Source: Thermoanaerobaculia bacterium (GTDB taxonomy: Bacteria > Acidobacteriota > Thermoanaerobaculia > UBA5066). From it: a DNA stretch of 64,000 nucleotides. Positions within the stretch are counted from its first letter, which is position 1, and every line of letters starts with the position of its first letter. The DNA lies in NCBI GenBank assembly GCA_963719225.1, contig CAVRAY010000001.1, positions 1,888,001 to 1,952,000 on the forward strand, read 5' to 3'. Below the pieces are notes generated by a model, which saw nothing but the letters and a program-made list of their open reading frames with translations, made no database searches and was not told where the DNA came from. Made by a program: the position numbers and the translations under genes. Shown here in pieces: positions 55,070 to 64,000 of this stretch.

Positions 55070-56514
55070 GCGAATCGATTGCGGAGCCATTGGAACGTCT
55101 CCTCGAGTGAGCGCCTCGTCTCCCGAAGTGGCGCGGTGACGTTGTGGGCACGTGCCAGGAGCAGGAATGCGACGGTCAGGACGAGCAGCGGCGCGCTCAC
55201 GAGAAGAGCCGCCGCCCAGCCCGGCATCGTCCGGGCGAGGGCGAGAACGACCGCGACGAGAAGCATCTGGAGGAACGAGACCGCGGTGAGCAGCGCGATC
55301 GCGGCGTCCTTTGCCAGCTTGAGCTCCGCGCGCAGGTCTTCCCGGATCTCCGTCTTCGCGAGCTCGGCTTCCTCACGCAGGAGTCGCTCGGCCCTTTCGA
55401 CCGCGCCGGAAACGAGCGCCCCCAGCGGCACGTTTTCGAGAGGACGAGTCGTGGATTCGAGCGCGGCTTCGGTCTTTTCCATGGAGCCCTCCTCGTTTTC
55501 GGGGTCGTTGCCCTCGAGCAGCTGGCGCTGCCCGGAAAGCGCCCTCGAGAGTTGCAAAGCCTGTCGATACACGATCTGCCAGTCGTCGTAGCCGACGGGC
55601 AATTTCACGATGTCCTCCGCGATTCCATCGAGACTGCGCGTGAGAACGAAAGACCGCGCGTGGGCGCGGTGCGCCGTTCCGAACGCCTTCCACACGTCCT
55701 TGATTCGGAGCTCGATGGCCTGAGCTGCCGGATCCATCGACTGAAACGCGTCCGTACGGGTCATCGCCTCGGCAATGAGCCCGTGCGCGCGGGAGGTCGT
55801 GGTCCCGGGCCCGTGAAGCGTGACGCCGTGCATCGTCACCGTGACGTCCAGACCTGGCGCCCGGAAATACCGGATTCGGGCCTGTTCGGCGCCGAACGCA
55901 TCCCCGCCGAGGTTCGCGAGAATGGCCGCGGGCGCCTTCATCCAGAACGTCGGCTCTTCGCGCCGCAGCGAAAGGCCGTGAAGCTCGAGGACGCGCGTCG
56001 AGATCCGGACGACCTCGTCGAAAGCCGCGGGCTCGATGGAGAGAGGAACGGTGTCGTCGCGCAGACCCTTCAGGACGGCGACGAGCTTCCGAATCGGCGT
56101 GGAGACGAGCAGCACGAGGAACGCTCCGGCCAACGCGACCGTGATCGGAAATCCCCGAGCGACCCGTTTCAGCCCCGACTCGTGGCGGGCGCGCGGCGAA
56201 CGGTTCGCGAAAACGATCCCAACCACGACGGGCACGGCCACCGCGAGAAAGATCCAGCCGAGGCGGACGGCCGGCGTCGAGACGGACTTCGGAAGCGGGA
56301 CGAACGCGAGCACGAAGGCCGCGACCTTCGGAGCGACGATGCCGACCGCGAGCAGCGGCCAGGCGGCCGCCGCGGCGAGGAGAGCGGAGAGCCAGGCTTG
56401 TTCGCGCTCGCTGGTCCTGCCGAAGAGGGCCAGGACGGCCCAGCCGAGGAGGGCGCTGAAGATTTTGCCGGCCGAGCGGGAGATGAGAGCGAGGATTGCC
56501 TGCAAAACGGCCAT
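55066..56514 (-). CDS. Membrane protein fused to a C-terminal holin-like (DUF1469/YhjD-type) domain
   Basis: N-terminal TM region; C-terminal PLGALV...LLREEAELAKTE...WAAALLV...PLRETRRSLEE; internal RBS and ATG at 55482. Confidence 0.7.
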   Translation of the reverse strand: MAVLQAILALISRSAGKIFSALLGWAVLALFGRTSEREQAWLSALLAAAAAWPLLAVGIVAPKVAAFVLAFVPLPKSVSTPAVRLGWIFLAVAVPVVVGIVFANRSPRARHESGLKRVARGFPITVALAGAFLVLLVSTPIRKLVAVLKGLRDDTVPLSIEPAAFDEVVRISTRVLELHGLSLRREEPTFWMKAPAAILANLGGDAFGAEQARIRYFRAPGLDVTVTMHGVTLHGPGTTTSRAHGLIAEAMTRTDAFQSMDPAAQAIELRIKDVWKAFGTAHRAHARSFVLTRSLDGIAEDIVKLPVGYDDWQIVYRQALQLSRALSGQRQLLEGNDPENEEGSMEKTEAALESTTRPLENVPLGALVSGAVERAERLLREEAELAKTEIREDLRAELKLAKDAAIALLTAVSFLQMLLVAVVLALARTMPGWAAALLVSAPLLVLTVAFLLLARAHNVTAPLRETRRSLEETFQWLRNRFA

Positions 56515-56525
56515 GCCCTCGGGAG

Positions 56526-56541
56526 AGCAAACGCCGCGCCA
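56526..56541 (-). promoter_or_regulatory. Sigma54 (-24/-12) promoter
   Basis: TGGCGCG-GCGT-TTGCT matches TGGCRCG-N4-TTGCW, ending 11 nt before ATG 56514. Confidence 0.7.
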
Positions 56542-56545
56542 GCGC

Positions 56546-56980
56546 TCACATGCCCAACATCACCCTTGCCACGCGCGACATCATCTCCGCGGTCCAGGGC
56601 GGCTCCCAGACGAGCTCGACCTTCGCATCGGTGATGCCGGGGATGGCCTTGATCTTCGTCTCGACCTCGCCCGGCAGGGAGCCTGCGACCGGACACGCGG
56701 GCGCCGTCAGCGTCATCTTCACGTTCGCGACGCCTTCGGGTGACACGCGCACGTCGTAGATCAGCCCCAGCTCCCAGATGTTCACGGGGATCTCGGGGTC
56801 GAAGCACTTCTTCAAGGCCTCATCGATGACCTTCTGCTCGAGAGGACTGGGAGAAGAGGAAGACGAAGATTGCTCGGATGACACGGGGTCGGACGCCGCA
56901 GACTGTACCGCCGATGCCGCGTACGCTTCGCCAGTGCTCTTGCCCTTATTACCTTCTAAGAAATCTTTCTCTTCTCCCAT
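56546..56980 (-). CDS. sufT: DUF59 / SufT Fe-S assembly factor with low-complexity N-terminal extension
   Basis: DPEIPVNIWELGLIY, MTLTAPACPVAGSLP, LVWEPPW; last gene of the suf operon. Confidence 0.9.
   Translation of the reverse strand: MGEEKDFLEGNKGKSTGEAYAASAVQSAASDPVSSEQSSSSSSPSPLEQKVIDEALKKCFDPEIPVNIWELGLIYDVRVSPEGVANVKMTLTAPACPVAGSLPGEVETKIKAIPGITDAKVELVWEPPWTAEMMSRVARVMLGM
56931..56965 (-). repeat. Extended copy of the dispersed element
   Basis: GATTTCTTAGAAGGTAATAAGGGCAAGAGCACTGG is 30/35 identical to 16906-16940. Confidence 0.85.
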
Positions 56981-57007
56981 TTCTCTATCTATTCTTTCTT
57001 TCTTTAA

Positions 57008-57460
57008 TTACTCGGTCTTCGCGACTTCATGCGAGTCCTTCAGCGCCGACTCGAGCGTGTGCCACGCGAGCGTCGCGCACTTGACGCGGACGGGGAACTC
57101 GCGGACGCCGGAGAAGACGGCCAGCTTGCCGAGCCCAGAGCCGTCGGCCTTGACATCCGGCGGCCCGGTGAGGAGCTCGTGGAACTTCGCGTAGAGCTCT
57201 TCGGCTTCCGCGAGGCTCCTGCCCTTGACCGCGTCCGTCATGAGCGACGCGGATGCCTTCGAGATCGCGCACCCCGAGCCCTGGAACGCGACGTCCGCGA
57301 TGCGGTCGCCTTCGACTTTCACGTAGAGCTTCAGCTTGTCGCCGCAGAGCGGGTTGTTGCCCAGCGCGAGGCGCGTGGCGTCCGGCATCTCCCGGAAATT
57401 GTGCGGAGACTTGTTGTGGTCGAGGATGACCTCCTGATACAGGTCGCGGAGGTCCGTCAT
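57008..57460 (-). CDS. sufU: SUF system NifU-family protein
   Basis: LYQEVILDH, NPLCGD, GSGCAISKASAS, FPVRVKCATLAWH. Confidence 0.95.
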   Translation of the reverse strand: MTDLRDLYQEVILDHNKSPHNFREMPDATRLALGNNPLCGDKLKLYVKVEGDRIADVAFQGSGCAISKASASLMTDAVKGRSLAEAEELYAKFHELLTGPPDVKADGSGLGKLAVFSGVREFPVRVKCATLAWHTLESALKDSHEVAKTE

Positions 57461-58719
57461 CAGCCGAACACCTCGCGCACCTTCTCGATTCCCGCCGCGA
57501 GGGCGTCGACTTCCGCGCGCGTGTTGTAGAGGCCGAACGAGGCCCGTGCCGTGGCGGGAAGGCCGAAGCGGTCCATGACGGGCTGCGCGCAGTGGTGGCC
57601 CGTCCGGATGGCGATGCCCTCGCGGTCGAGGATCGTGCCGATGTCGTGCGGGTGCACGTTCTCGAGGACGAACGAGATCACGGCGGCCTTCTCCTTCGCC
57701 CGGCCCACGATCGTGACGCCGGGAATGCCGGAGAGCTTCTTCGTGCCGTGGACGAGGAGTTCGTGCTCGTGCTCGGCCACCGCGGCGAGCCCCGTGCCTT
57801 TCAGCCAGTCGGCGGCGACGCCGAAAGCGATCCCGCCGGCGATGTTCGCGGTGCCCGCCTCGAACTTCCAGGGCAGGACGTTGTACGTGGTCTTCTCGAA
57901 CGTGACGGACGAGATCATGTCGCCCCCGCCCTGGTAGGGGGGCAGCTTCTCGAGCCATTCCTCGGTGCCGTAGAGCGCGCCAATACCCGTCGGCCCGTAC
58001 ATCTTGTGGCCCGAGATCGCGTAGAAGTCGCAGCCGAGCTCCACGACGTCGATCGGGAGGTGCGGCGCGGCCTGAGCGCCGTCCACGAGGACGGGAACGC
58101 CCCGCGCGTGCGCGAGCGCGATGAACGTCTTCACGGGGTTCACGGTGCCGAGCGCGTTCGAGACGTGCGATACGGCGGCGAGCTTCGTCCGCGGCGTCAG
58201 GCGCCTTTCGAACTCGTCGACCGGCACTTCGCCCCCGTCGGTGATCGGCACGACGACGAGCTTCGCGCCCGTCCTCTCGCAGGCGAGCTGCCACGGCACG
58301 ATGTTCGAGTGATGCTCGAGGCCGGTGATGAGGACTTCGTCGCCCGCCTTCAGGAAATCCCGGGCGAATCCGGCCGCGACGAGGTTGATCGCCTCCGTCG
58401 TGCCGCGCGTGAAGACGATTTCCTTCGGTGAGGCGGCCCCGAGAAAGCGCGCGACCTTTTCGCGGCCGCCTTCGTAGGCCTCGGTGGCCTTCTCGGAAAG
58501 CCAGTGCGTGCCCCGGTGGATGTTCGCGTTCTCTTCCTCGTAGTAGCGCCGAATCGCGTCGATCACGACCCTAGGCTTCTGCGTCGTGTTCGCGTTGTCG
58601 AGGTAGACGAGGGGCTTGCCGTATACCGAGCGCGAAAGGATCGGGAACTCGGCGCGGACGCGCTCCACGTCGTACGCGCGGGCGCGCGGCTCGGAAGCGG
58701 TCTTCGTGACGGCGCTCAT
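57460..58719 (-). CDS. sufS: Cysteine desulfurase
   Basis: LVYLDNA.T.QKP, EHHSNIVPW, VDGAQ, SGHKMYGPTGIG, RTGHHCAQP. Confidence 0.96.
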   Translation of the reverse strand: MSAVTKTASEPRARAYDVERVRAEFPILSRSVYGKPLVYLDNANTTQKPRVVIDAIRRYYEEENANIHRGTHWLSEKATEAYEGGREKVARFLGAASPKEIVFTRGTTEAINLVAAGFARDFLKAGDEVLITGLEHHSNIVPWQLACERTGAKLVVVPITDGGEVPVDEFERRLTPRTKLAAVSHVSNALGTVNPVKTFIALAHARGVPVLVDGAQAAPHLPIDVVELGCDFYAISGHKMYGPTGIGALYGTEEWLEKLPPYQGGGDMISSVTFEKTTYNVLPWKFEAGTANIAGGIAFGVAADWLKGTGLAAVAEHEHELLVHGTKKLSGIPGVTIVGRAKEKAAVISFVLENVHPHDIGTILDREGIAIRTGHHCAQPVMDRFGLPATARASFGLYNTRAEVDALAAGIEKVREVFG

Positions 58720-60098
58720 CGGCTCTCCGGAGCCGCGAGGTTCGCGGGCAGCCACGCGCGGAGGTGCCCCTCGAGGAAGGCCCTGACGTCGCGGGAGGCC
58801 ACCTTCTCGATCATCTCGCTGCCGAACGCGTACGTGAGGAGGGCGCGCGCCGCCTCGGGCGAGAGGCCGCGCGAGCGGAGGTAGAAGACGGCGTCCGCGT
58901 CGAGGCGTCCCGTCGTGGAGCCGTGCGAGCAGCGGACGTCGTTGTTGTGGATCTCGAGCTGCGGCTTGCTGTCGACGAGGGCGTTGTCCGAGAGGATGAG
59001 GTTGCGGTTCGTCTGGCGCGCGTCGGTTCGCGCGGCCCCGGGACGCACGACGATCTTGCCGTCGAAGACCCCGCGGCCCGTCCCATCGAGGACGCCCTTG
59101 TAGAGCTCGACGCTGTTGGCGCGAGGCGCCACGTGGTCGATGAGCGTGTGACAGTCGACGTGCTGGCCCGAGTCCGCGCAGAAGAGGCCGTTGAGCTCGG
59201 TTCCCGCCCCTTCGCCCGCGAGGTCCATCGCGAGCTCGTTGCGGACGAGCCTGCCGCCGAACGAAAAGACGTGGGACGCGGACGTCGCGCCCGCGGCGTG
59301 GGCGACCGAGAGATTCCCGACGTGAAACGACTCCGGACCCTCGAGCTGGAGCTTGACGTGATTGATGCGCGCGTCCCGCGCGAGGGAAACGTCCGTCCGG
59401 GTGTTCATGAAGGACGGGCCGCCGGCACCGAGATAGGTCTCGATCACCGTGGCCGAGGAATTCTCTTCGAAGGTGAAGAGATTCCGCGTGTGCACCATCC
59501 GGGGCGCTTCCGAGGAGCCAGGGGGCGTCGCGACGTGAAGGATGAAGAGGGGCTCTTCGAGGCGGACGCCGGCGGCGACGCGAAGAACGACACCTTCGTC
59601 CAGAAAAGCATCACCGAGAGCGGCAAAACTGCCCCGCGCGGGACCCTCAGCCGCGGCCGACGCGACGAGGGCCTTCTCGACGACCTCCGGCGATTCCCGG
59701 AGGACCGTCCCCATCCATTCGAAGAAGACCCCCGGGGGAAGAGCTCCGGCGTTTCGACGCAGGTGTCGCCCGTTCACGAACGCGAGCCTCGGCTCCGAAG
59801 CCGAAAATCCGATCGTTCCGAGCCGCGCCTCCATCTCGAGGGCCGCGGTCCGCTCGGCGAGGGAGACCTCGTCGGGGGGGAGGCCGAATCCCGTTCGGGT
59901 CAGCGGCGCGAGGTTCGTGAATCGCCATTCCTCGTCGTACGTCGAGGGAAACCCGAGCCGCTCGAATCCCGCGAGACCGTTCCGGCGCAGCTTCTGCAGC
60001 CAGGGCGGGCCCGGACGGGAGGCGGCAAAGTCCGAGGCCTGCGCCGCGAGCGCCGCGACTCCCTCGTGGAGCACCAGGGGCCGGGCCGCGCGCGTCAT
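58716..60098 (-). CDS. sufD: Fe-S cluster assembly protein SufD
   Basis: [31 protein letters not shown]...FYLRSRG. Confidence 0.94.
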   Translation of the reverse strand: MTRAARPLVLHEGVAALAAQASDFAASRPGPPWLQKLRRNGLAGFERLGFPSTYDEEWRFTNLAPLTRTGFGLPPDEVSLAERTAALEMEARLGTIGFSASEPRLAFVNGRHLRRNAGALPPGVFFEWMGTVLRESPEVVEKALVASAAAEGPARGSFAALGDAFLDEGVVLRVAAGVRLEEPLFILHVATPPGSSEAPRMVHTRNLFTFEENSSATVIETYLGAGGPSFMNTRTDVSLARDARINHVKLQLEGPESFHVGNLSVAHAAGATSASHVFSFGGRLVRNELAMDLAGEGAGTELNGLFCADSGQHVDCHTLIDHVAPRANSVELYKGVLDGTGRGVFDGKIVVRPGAARTDARQTNRNLILSDNALVDSKPQLEIHNNDVRCSHGSTTGRLDADAVFYLRSRGLSPEAARALLTYAFGSEMIEKVASRDVRAFLEGHLRAWLPANLAAPESR

Positions 60099-60892
60099 CG
60101 TGCCGCGGCTCCCGCGACGGCCGATACGGCCGCCGGCGGCTCCTTCTCGATCCAGGAGTAGCCCTTCGCCTCCAGCTCCTTTGCGAGGTTCTTGTCGCCG
60201 GATTTCACGATCCTGCCCTCCGAGAGGACGTGGACGAAGTCCGGGATGATGTAGTCGAGCAGGCGCTGGTAGTGCGTGATGACGAGCATCCCGCGCGCGC
60301 CGTCGCGGAGCGCGTTCACGCCCGAGGCCGCCACGCGCAGGGCGTCGATGTCGAGACCCGAGTCCGTCTCGTCGAGGATCGCGAGCTTCGGGTCGAGGAC
60401 CGCCATCTGGAGGACCTCGTTGCGCTTCTTCTCGCCGCCGGAGAAGCCCTCGTTCACGGAACGGTTGAGGAGCGCTTCCTCCATCTTCACCGTCTTCGCT
60501 TTTTCGTCGAGGAGCGCGAGGAAGTCGATCGCGTCGAGCTCCGGCTGGCCGCGGTGCTTGCGCACGGTGTTGACGGCCGTACGCAGGAAGTACGTGTTCG
60601 AGACGCCCGGGATCTCCACCGGATACTGGAACGCGAGGAAGATGCCTTCGCGCGCGCGCATCTCGGCCGGCATCGCGAGAAGGTCCATGCCCAGAAAGAG
60701 GGCCGAGCCCTGCGTCACGACGTAGCCGGGGCGTCCCGCCAGGACGTGCGCGAGCGTGCTCTTGCCCGATCCGTTCGGGCCCATGACCGCGTGCACTTCG
60801 CCGGGGCGGATGACGAGTTCGATGCCCTTGAGGATCTCGTGCCCGTCCTCCTCGATGGAGGCGTGAAGATTCGTGACTTCGAGAAGATTCAT
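60095..60892 (-). CDS. sufC: Fe-S cluster assembly ATPase SufC
   Basis: [51 protein letters not shown]. Confidence 0.97.
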   Translation of the reverse strand: MNLLEVTNLHASIEEDGHEILKGIELVIRPGEVHAVMGPNGSGKSTLAHVLAGRPGYVVTQGSALFLGMDLLAMPAEMRAREGIFLAFQYPVEIPGVSNTYFLRTAVNTVRKHRGQPELDAIDFLALLDEKAKTVKMEEALLNRSVNEGFSGGEKKRNEVLQMAVLDPKLAILDETDSGLDIDALRVAASGVNALRDGARGMLVITHYQRLLDYIIPDFVHVLSEGRIVKSGDKNLAKELEAKGYSWIEKEPPAAVSAVAGAAAR

Positions 60893-62334
60893 CCGACTGA
60901 TCCTTCGAGCGAAACGCCCAGCAGTTTCTGCGCTTCCACCGCGAACTCCATCGGGAGCTCCTTGAGCACGCGCTTGGCGAAGCCGTTGACGATGAGCGAG
61001 ACGGCGTCCTCCGCCGAGAGGCCGCGCTGGCGGCAGTAGAAGAGCTGGTCCTCGCCGATCTTCGACGTGGACGCCTCGTGCTCGAGCGTGGCCGAGCTGT
61101 TCTTGACCTCGATGTAGGGGAACGTGTGCGCGCCGCACTGGTCTCCGATCAGGAGCGAGTCGCACTGCGAGTAATTCCGCGCGCCCTGGGCGTTCTTCAT
61201 GATCGTGACGGCGCCGCGATACGTGTTCTGCCCGTGGCCCGCCGAGATTCCCTTCGACACGATCGTGGAGCGCGTGTTCTTCCCGATGTGGATCATCTTC
61301 GTGCCCGTGTCGGCCTGCTGGTAGTTGTTCGTGAGAGCGACCGAGTAGAACTCGCCGACCGAGTTGTCGCCCAGGAGGATGCAGCTCGGGTACTTCCACG
61401 TGATGGCCGAGCCCGTCTCGACCTGGGTCCACGAGATGCGCGAGTTCCGGCCGGCGCATTTCCCGCGCTTCGTCACGAAGTTGTAGATGCCGCCCTTGCC
61501 CTCGCGGTCGCCCGGGTACCAGTTCTGCACGGTCGAGTACTTGATCTGGGCGTCGTCCAGCGCCACGAGCTCGACGACCGCCGCGTGTAGCTGGTTCGTG
61601 TCGCGCTTCGGCGCGGTGCATCCCTCCAGGTACGACACGACCGCCCCCTGCTCGGCGACGATGAGCGTCCTCTCGAACTGGCCCGTGTCGGCCTGGTTGA
61701 TCCGGAAGTACGTGGAGAGCTCCATCGGGCAGCGCACCCCCTTCGGAATGAAGCAGAACGAGCCGTCCGAGAAGACCGCCGAGTTCAGCGCCGCGAAGAA
61801 GTTGTCGCTCGAGGGCACGACGCTGCCGAGGTACTTCTTCACGAGGTCGGGGTGCTCGCGCACGGCCTCCGAGAACGAGCAGAAGATGATCCCGAGGGAC
61901 GCGAGCTTCTCCTTGAACGTCGTCGCGACGGAAACGCTGTCGATGACGGCGTCCACGGCGACGCCCGCGAGGATCTCGCGCTCCTTCAGCGGGACGCCGA
62001 GCTTCTCGTACATGGCGAGGAGCTCGGGCTCGACTTCCGCGAGGCTCTTCGGGGCGCCTTCCGCACTGGACTTCGGCGCGGCGTAGTAGACGATCTTCTG
62101 GTAGTCGATCGGCGGGTACGTCACGCGCGCCCACTTGGGCTCCGTCATCGTGAGCCAGTGCCGGTAGGCCTTGAGGCGCCAGTCGAGGAGCCACTCGGGC
62201 TCTCCCTTCTTCCCGGAGATGAGCCGCACGACGTCCTCGGAAAGGCCCGCCGGGATGGCGTCCGTGGCGATGTCCGTCACGAAGCCGTGCGGGTATTCCT
62301 GCTGCGTCAGCCGGTCGAGAACGGCGTCGCTCAT
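60889..62334 (-). CDS. sufB: Fe-S cluster assembly protein SufB
   Basis: [53 protein letters not shown]. Confidence 0.97.
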   Translation of the reverse strand: MSDAVLDRLTQQEYPHGFVTDIATDAIPAGLSEDVVRLISGKKGEPEWLLDWRLKAYRHWLTMTEPKWARVTYPPIDYQKIVYYAAPKSSAEGAPKSLAEVEPELLAMYEKLGVPLKEREILAGVAVDAVIDSVSVATTFKEKLASLGIIFCSFSEAVREHPDLVKKYLGSVVPSSDNFFAALNSAVFSDGSFCFIPKGVRCPMELSTYFRINQADTGQFERTLIVAEQGAVVSYLEGCTAPKRDTNQLHAAVVELVALDDAQIKYSTVQNWYPGDREGKGGIYNFVTKRGKCAGRNSRISWTQVETGSAITWKYPSCILLGDNSVGEFYSVALTNNYQQADTGTKMIHIGKNTRSTIVSKGISAGHGQNTYRGAVTIMKNAQGARNYSQCDSLLIGDQCGAHTFPYIEVKNSSATLEHEASTSKIGEDQLFYCRQRGLSAEDAVSLIVNGFAKRVLKELPMEFAVEAQKLLGVSLEGSVG

Positions 62335-62798
62335 ATCCGCCCCTCCGGAGCCCGGGAGGGAAGCGCGAAGGCGCTCGGCAGGGAGATGCGCCGCGCGAGC
62401 GGGCGCGTCATGTCCGCGAGCGTGAGGCCCTCGAGGGCTCCGCGGATCGTCTCGTTGATGATCTGCCAGTTCGGGCGCGTCGCGCAGAAGCTCTCGTGCT
62501 CGCAGCGCGTCAGGCCGTTGCACTCGGTGATGGCGACGGGTCCCTCGAGCGTCGCGATGATGGAAGAGACGGAGATCTCGCGAGGCGGCTTGGCCAGGAC
62601 GTAGCCGCCCTTCGTTCCGCGCTGCGAGGCGAGAAGACCGCCCTTCGAGAGCTGCTTGAGGAGCTTTCCCACGGTCGGGAGAGGCAGGCGCGTCTCCTGG
62701 GAGAGCTCGCGCGCCGTATGCGCCACCTGGTCGTCGTGCGCCGCGAAGTGCGTCAGCAGCACGATCCCGTAGTCGGTCAGCTTCGTCATCCGGAACAT
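62331..62798 (-). CDS. Rrf2 family SUF-system transcriptional regulator
   Basis: [28 protein letters not shown], three Cys (TEC..RC....FC); heads the suf operon. Confidence 0.93.
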   Translation of the reverse strand: MFRMTKLTDYGIVLLTHFAAHDDQVAHTARELSQETRLPLPTVGKLLKQLSKGGLLASQRGTKGGYVLAKPPREISVSSIIATLEGPVAITECNGLTRCEHESFCATRPNWQIINETIRGALEGLTLADMTRPLARRISLPSAFALPSRAPEGRI

Positions 62799-62837
62799 CG
62801 TTTTTCTCCCCGGCCCGGCATACCGAACCGAATCGGT

Positions 62838-62866
62838 ACGATATGAAATGGGACTGATTTAGTCAA
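62838..62866 (-). promoter_or_regulatory. suf promoter with IscR type-1-like operator
   Basis: TTGACT - 17 nt - TATCGT; GACT-AAATC-AGTC inverted repeat over the -35 box matches the GACT-N5-AGTC core of Rrf2/IscR sites. Confidence 0.7.
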
Positions 62867-62902
62867 GAGAGAGAATGGAGATTGAAGAGAAGATAAGGGA
62901 TT

Positions 62903-62993
62903 CTCTTAGAAAGGGTTAGTGAGAAGTCGTCTCAATGCCGGGGACGGCACCGTGAGCCGCGAACTAGCTTCAAACCCTCTTACCTTCTAAGAA
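62903..62993. repeat. Convergent pair of TTCTWAGAA elements upstream of the suf operon
   Basis: CTCTTAGAA at 62903 after a long GA tract and TTCTAAGAA at 62985, which supplies the amrB TAG stop. Confidence 0.8.
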
Positions 62994-63826
62994 ATCCGAA
63001 TCTCTCGTTCTCCCATTCCGACCGCGAAGGCGCCGTAGCCGACGACCCGGTGCGGGTCGCCGGCCGTGTCCGCCGAAGTCCTGAGGTCGAGGAGCTCCAC
63101 CGGGAGGTCTTTCCGGCGCGCGAGCTCGACGAGGCCACGGAGCGCGAAGATCCCGCACGCGTCCCCCTCGACGAGCGCGCTCGCCTTCCGCGCGACGACG
63201 TTCTCGGCCGTTTGTCTGTCGAGCCGGCGGGCGGTCTCGACGCCGTGGTAGTGGCTGAGGTCCGTGCTCACGAGGACGAGGGTGCCCGCCTCGCCCAGGA
63301 AAGCGTCGATGAGATCGGCCGTCTCCGGAGCCGGCTGCTCCGAGACGGCGACAGGCAGAAAGGTGAATCCTTCGCCGAAAACCCGCTGCAGGAACGGGAG
63401 CTGAACCTCGAGCGAATGCTCGGGGGCGTGCGGCCGGTCGTCGACCGTCGCTCCATGGGCCACGGCCCGTTCGCGAAGCGCGGTATCGACCAGCACCTCA
63501 CCGAGGGGCGTCGCCCATGCGCCCGCTGCGGGAACCGCCGCGCCGCGGACGGCAACGTAGTGGACCGGCCCGAAAGCCACGACGCGCGAGATCGAGGCGG
63601 CCATGCTGCTCAACCAGGCGTACGCCGTCGCCGCGACGGGACCCGAGTAGACGTAGCCCGCGTGCGGGACGACGAGGGCCAGTGGCGGCGGCGCACTTGC
63701 CGGAATGGCCGCTCCCGCGAGCAAATCGTCGACCATCCGCTCCAGCTCGCCGGGCCGTGCCGGATAGAACGTCCCCGCGACGGCGGGCGCCCGAACCCGG
63801 GACGGCGCCGCGGCGCCGAGCCTCAT
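62987..63826 (-). CDS. amrB: AmmeMemoRadiSam system protein B (MEMO1 family)
   Basis: PAVAGTFYP, PHAGYVYSG, TPLGEV, EHSLEVQLPFLQ, STDLSHY, ACG, VVGYGA. Confidence 0.93.
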   Translation of the reverse strand: MRLGAAAPSRVRAPAVAGTFYPARPGELERMVDDLLAGAAIPASAPPPLALVVPHAGYVYSGPVAATAYAWLSSMAASISRVVAFGPVHYVAVRGAAVPAAGAWATPLGEVLVDTALRERAVAHGATVDDRPHAPEHSLEVQLPFLQRVFGEGFTFLPVAVSEQPAPETADLIDAFLGEAGTLVLVSTDLSHYHGVETARRLDRQTAENVVARKASALVEGDACGIFALRGLVELARRKDLPVELLDLRTSADTAGDPHRVVGYGAFAVGMGEREIRIS

Positions 63827-63999
63827 CTCGCCGCCAAGTGGACCGGAAGGCGGCGGGGACCCCAGGAACCGGGGATTTCTTCGAAGGTTCCCGGGCAGGC
63901 TGCTCCGCAGGAGCAACACAGACCTCCCTTGGTGAGGGACCATTCGAAGATCTGGTAGCCGTCGCGTCCTATGAGGCGCGTGCCGCATTGCGGGCAGGT
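63823..63999 (-). CDS. amrS: AmmeMemoRadiSam radical SAM enzyme, C-terminal fragment (truncated by window edge)
   Basis: Manual translation TCPQCGTRLIGRDGYQIFEWSLTKGGLCCSCGAACPGTFEEIPGSWGPRRLPVHLAAR*; ATGA overlap with amrB. Confidence 0.8.
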   Translation of the reverse strand, partial: TCPQCGTRLIGRDGYQIFEWSLTKGGLCCSCGAACPGTFEEIPGSWGPRRLPVHLAAR

Positions 64000-64000
64000 C

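Noticed and set aside
54839-55482. Prophage lysis module suggested by the holin-like domain
   Set aside because: DUF1469/DUF3618-type pairs are common chromosomal stress genes, and no phage structural or integrase genes are present.
18956-62993. Paired TTCTWAGAA elements as intrinsic terminators or classical REP hairpins
   Set aside because: The arms are AT-rich, 50-190 bp apart and mostly intragenic, unlike short GC-rich intergenic stems.

Overview
High-GC (roughly 68% by eye) bacterial chromosomal DNA. The gene content (four FG-GAP/ASPIC-UnbV CRTAC1-like proteins, a TPR-multiheme cytochrome, a DUF11 surface protein) suggests Acidobacteriota, possibly Thermoanaerobaculia; this is inference. 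Left to right: partial DUF1206 gene, M23 peptidase, tRNA-Gly(CCC), MgtC, a Ku / MerR-TPR / DinB operon, a frameshifted USP, a P-type ATPase, feoAB, a small Cys-rich ORF, vapBC, a tripartite RND pump, three CRTAC1-like genes, DUF2911, DUF11 surface protein, a degenerate nuclease-like gene, cytochrome c, ChaN-PDZ, Na+/H+ antiporter, a fourth CRTAC1 gene, two M1 peptidases, a pentaheme-TPR protein, addAB-like genes, a Na+:solute symporter, a holin-like stress pair, a complete Rrf2-sufBCDSUT operon and amrB/amrS. No integrase, transposase, prophage or CRISPR array was seen. The most striking unexplained signal is a dispersed AT-rich element with palindromic core TTCT(T/A)AGAA and extended form GATTTCTTAGAAGG. 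It has 14 exact cores plus about 10 variants, mostly in convergent pairs about 50-190 bp apart with purine/pyrimidine tracts outside, and it is written into unrelated coding sequences in different frames. Many genes also appear to be leaderless (TANNNT 6-7 nt before the start codon).
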